Shown here in pieces: positions 30,287 through 31,095 of a DNA stretch of 31,095 nucleotides (positions are counted from its first letter, which is position 1; the number at the start of each line of letters is the position of its first letter). The notes under the pieces were generated by a model, which was not told the DNA's origin, did no database searches, and saw only the letters and a program-made list of their open reading frames with translations. The position numbers and the translations under genes were made by a program. Source of the stretch: Fonticula alba ATCC 38817 (Eukaryota > Protista > Nucleariida); NCBI GenBank assembly GCA_000388065.2, contig KB932201.1. One strand, given 5' to 3'.

Positions 30287-30598
30287 CAGCGAAATTTGGA
30301 GGCCATTTCGCCGGGAGCCTGTCCTCCAGGCCGTTGGCCAGACACACCTCCCCAGGTGAAAGAAGAAAACTCACATCCTTCTTCCTGAGGGTGGGATGCC
30401 CCCCGGGTATGGCTACCCCCCCCCCCCCCCCCCCCCCCGATACGTGCCGCAAAATAATAGACCCACTTTACAGTGTGCCCTCGTGGATGCAAGTTGTGCC
30501 TGAGCGTGGGACAGGGGCTCTATTCTTGTTGTGCCTGGACAGCATGCCCAAGGACCTTGTCGCCCGGTGGGATGGCACTTGCCTCTCCTACGCAGGGG

Positions 30599-30600
<2 letters not shown>

Positions 30601-30636
<36 letters not shown>

Positions 30637-30648
30637 GGGGGGGGGGGG
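30601..30648 (+). repeat. (GA)16 microsatellite followed by a G-tract
   Basis: Direct reading. Confidence 0.9.
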
Positions 30649-31095
30649 CTGTTGCCGAATCTTCCTCGCGATCCCTCTCACAGAGCATTCAGGCAGAATG
30701 TCGATCACCCGCCGGGCAATCATTCCCACGCTCATAGAAGCGCCTGTCTCGTGGTCATGTGAACGTCAGAATGTCATGTGAATGCCTTGTGGCGCAGGTT
30801 CCACCCCCTGGCCGATTGCCCACTTTCGCGGATTCCCAGCGCCTGCGGTAAACGGCGACCGCCAAAAGTACCGGCCAAAGGCGCGCGCGTGTGAGAGGAG
30901 TGCCGAAAAATGGGGCACCCAATACAAACGCCGGGCCTGACGAAGCCAGGCTGCCGGGTCTTGTCCAGGTGGGAGGGGCTCCAGGATCACCAAAAGGATG
31001 CGCCCATGACAAGGGCATCCCCGCACAGGCCACAACGCGGCAAGGGGCCGCTGCCTGTGCCAGGGCGTTCCGGGAGGGGCGGTGGAGGGGGGGGG

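Noticed and set aside
28860-30452. 530-aa minus-strand ORF
   Set aside because: Antisense shadow of LETM1 exon 6.
1-31095. rRNA, tRNA, snRNA or transposon sequences
   Set aside because: No cloverleaf, rRNA or snRNA hallmark, transposase or RT motif, or terminal repeat was recognised by eye. A covariance-model scan would be needed to exclude small RNAs.

Overview
GC-rich eukaryotic genomic DNA with four N gaps, short spliceosomal introns (mostly 80-200 bp), many poly-G/poly-C tracts and microsatellites. The style resembles a Fonticula-like holomycotan protist; that is inference only. Six multi-exon genes could be rebuilt by hand with frame-consistent GT-AG junctions. Minus strand: an ASCC3/Slh1 double-cassette Ski2-like helicase (7701-16170, 11 exons, ~2242 aa), an unrecognised secreted Cys-rich, probably GPI-anchored protein (17307-18651, 2 exons, 411 aa), an H2A-like histone-fold protein of the POLE4/CHRAC1/NF-YC type (19419-20653, 4 exons, ~315 aa) and N-myristoyltransferase (21302-23247, 5 exons, 461 aa). 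Plus strand: NDUFA13/GRIM-19 (24635-25287, 3 exons, 122 aa) and LETM1/MDM38 with a canonical EF-hand (26860-30286, 7 exons, 903 aa). Positions 1-7700 hold no gene I can support. No rRNA, tRNA, CRISPR array or mobile element was recognised. The best leads are an unusual splicing code (donor consensus GTNYGT with +4 C in 19/26 introns and +4 A in 1/26; three homology-anchored AAG acceptors), the orphan surface protein, an NMT that deviates from both family signature motifs and sits next to a possible MG-start substrate, and strand-skewed C-tracts hinting at an unannotated transcript in the gene-free region. No database searches were run; all exon models need RNA-seq confirmation.
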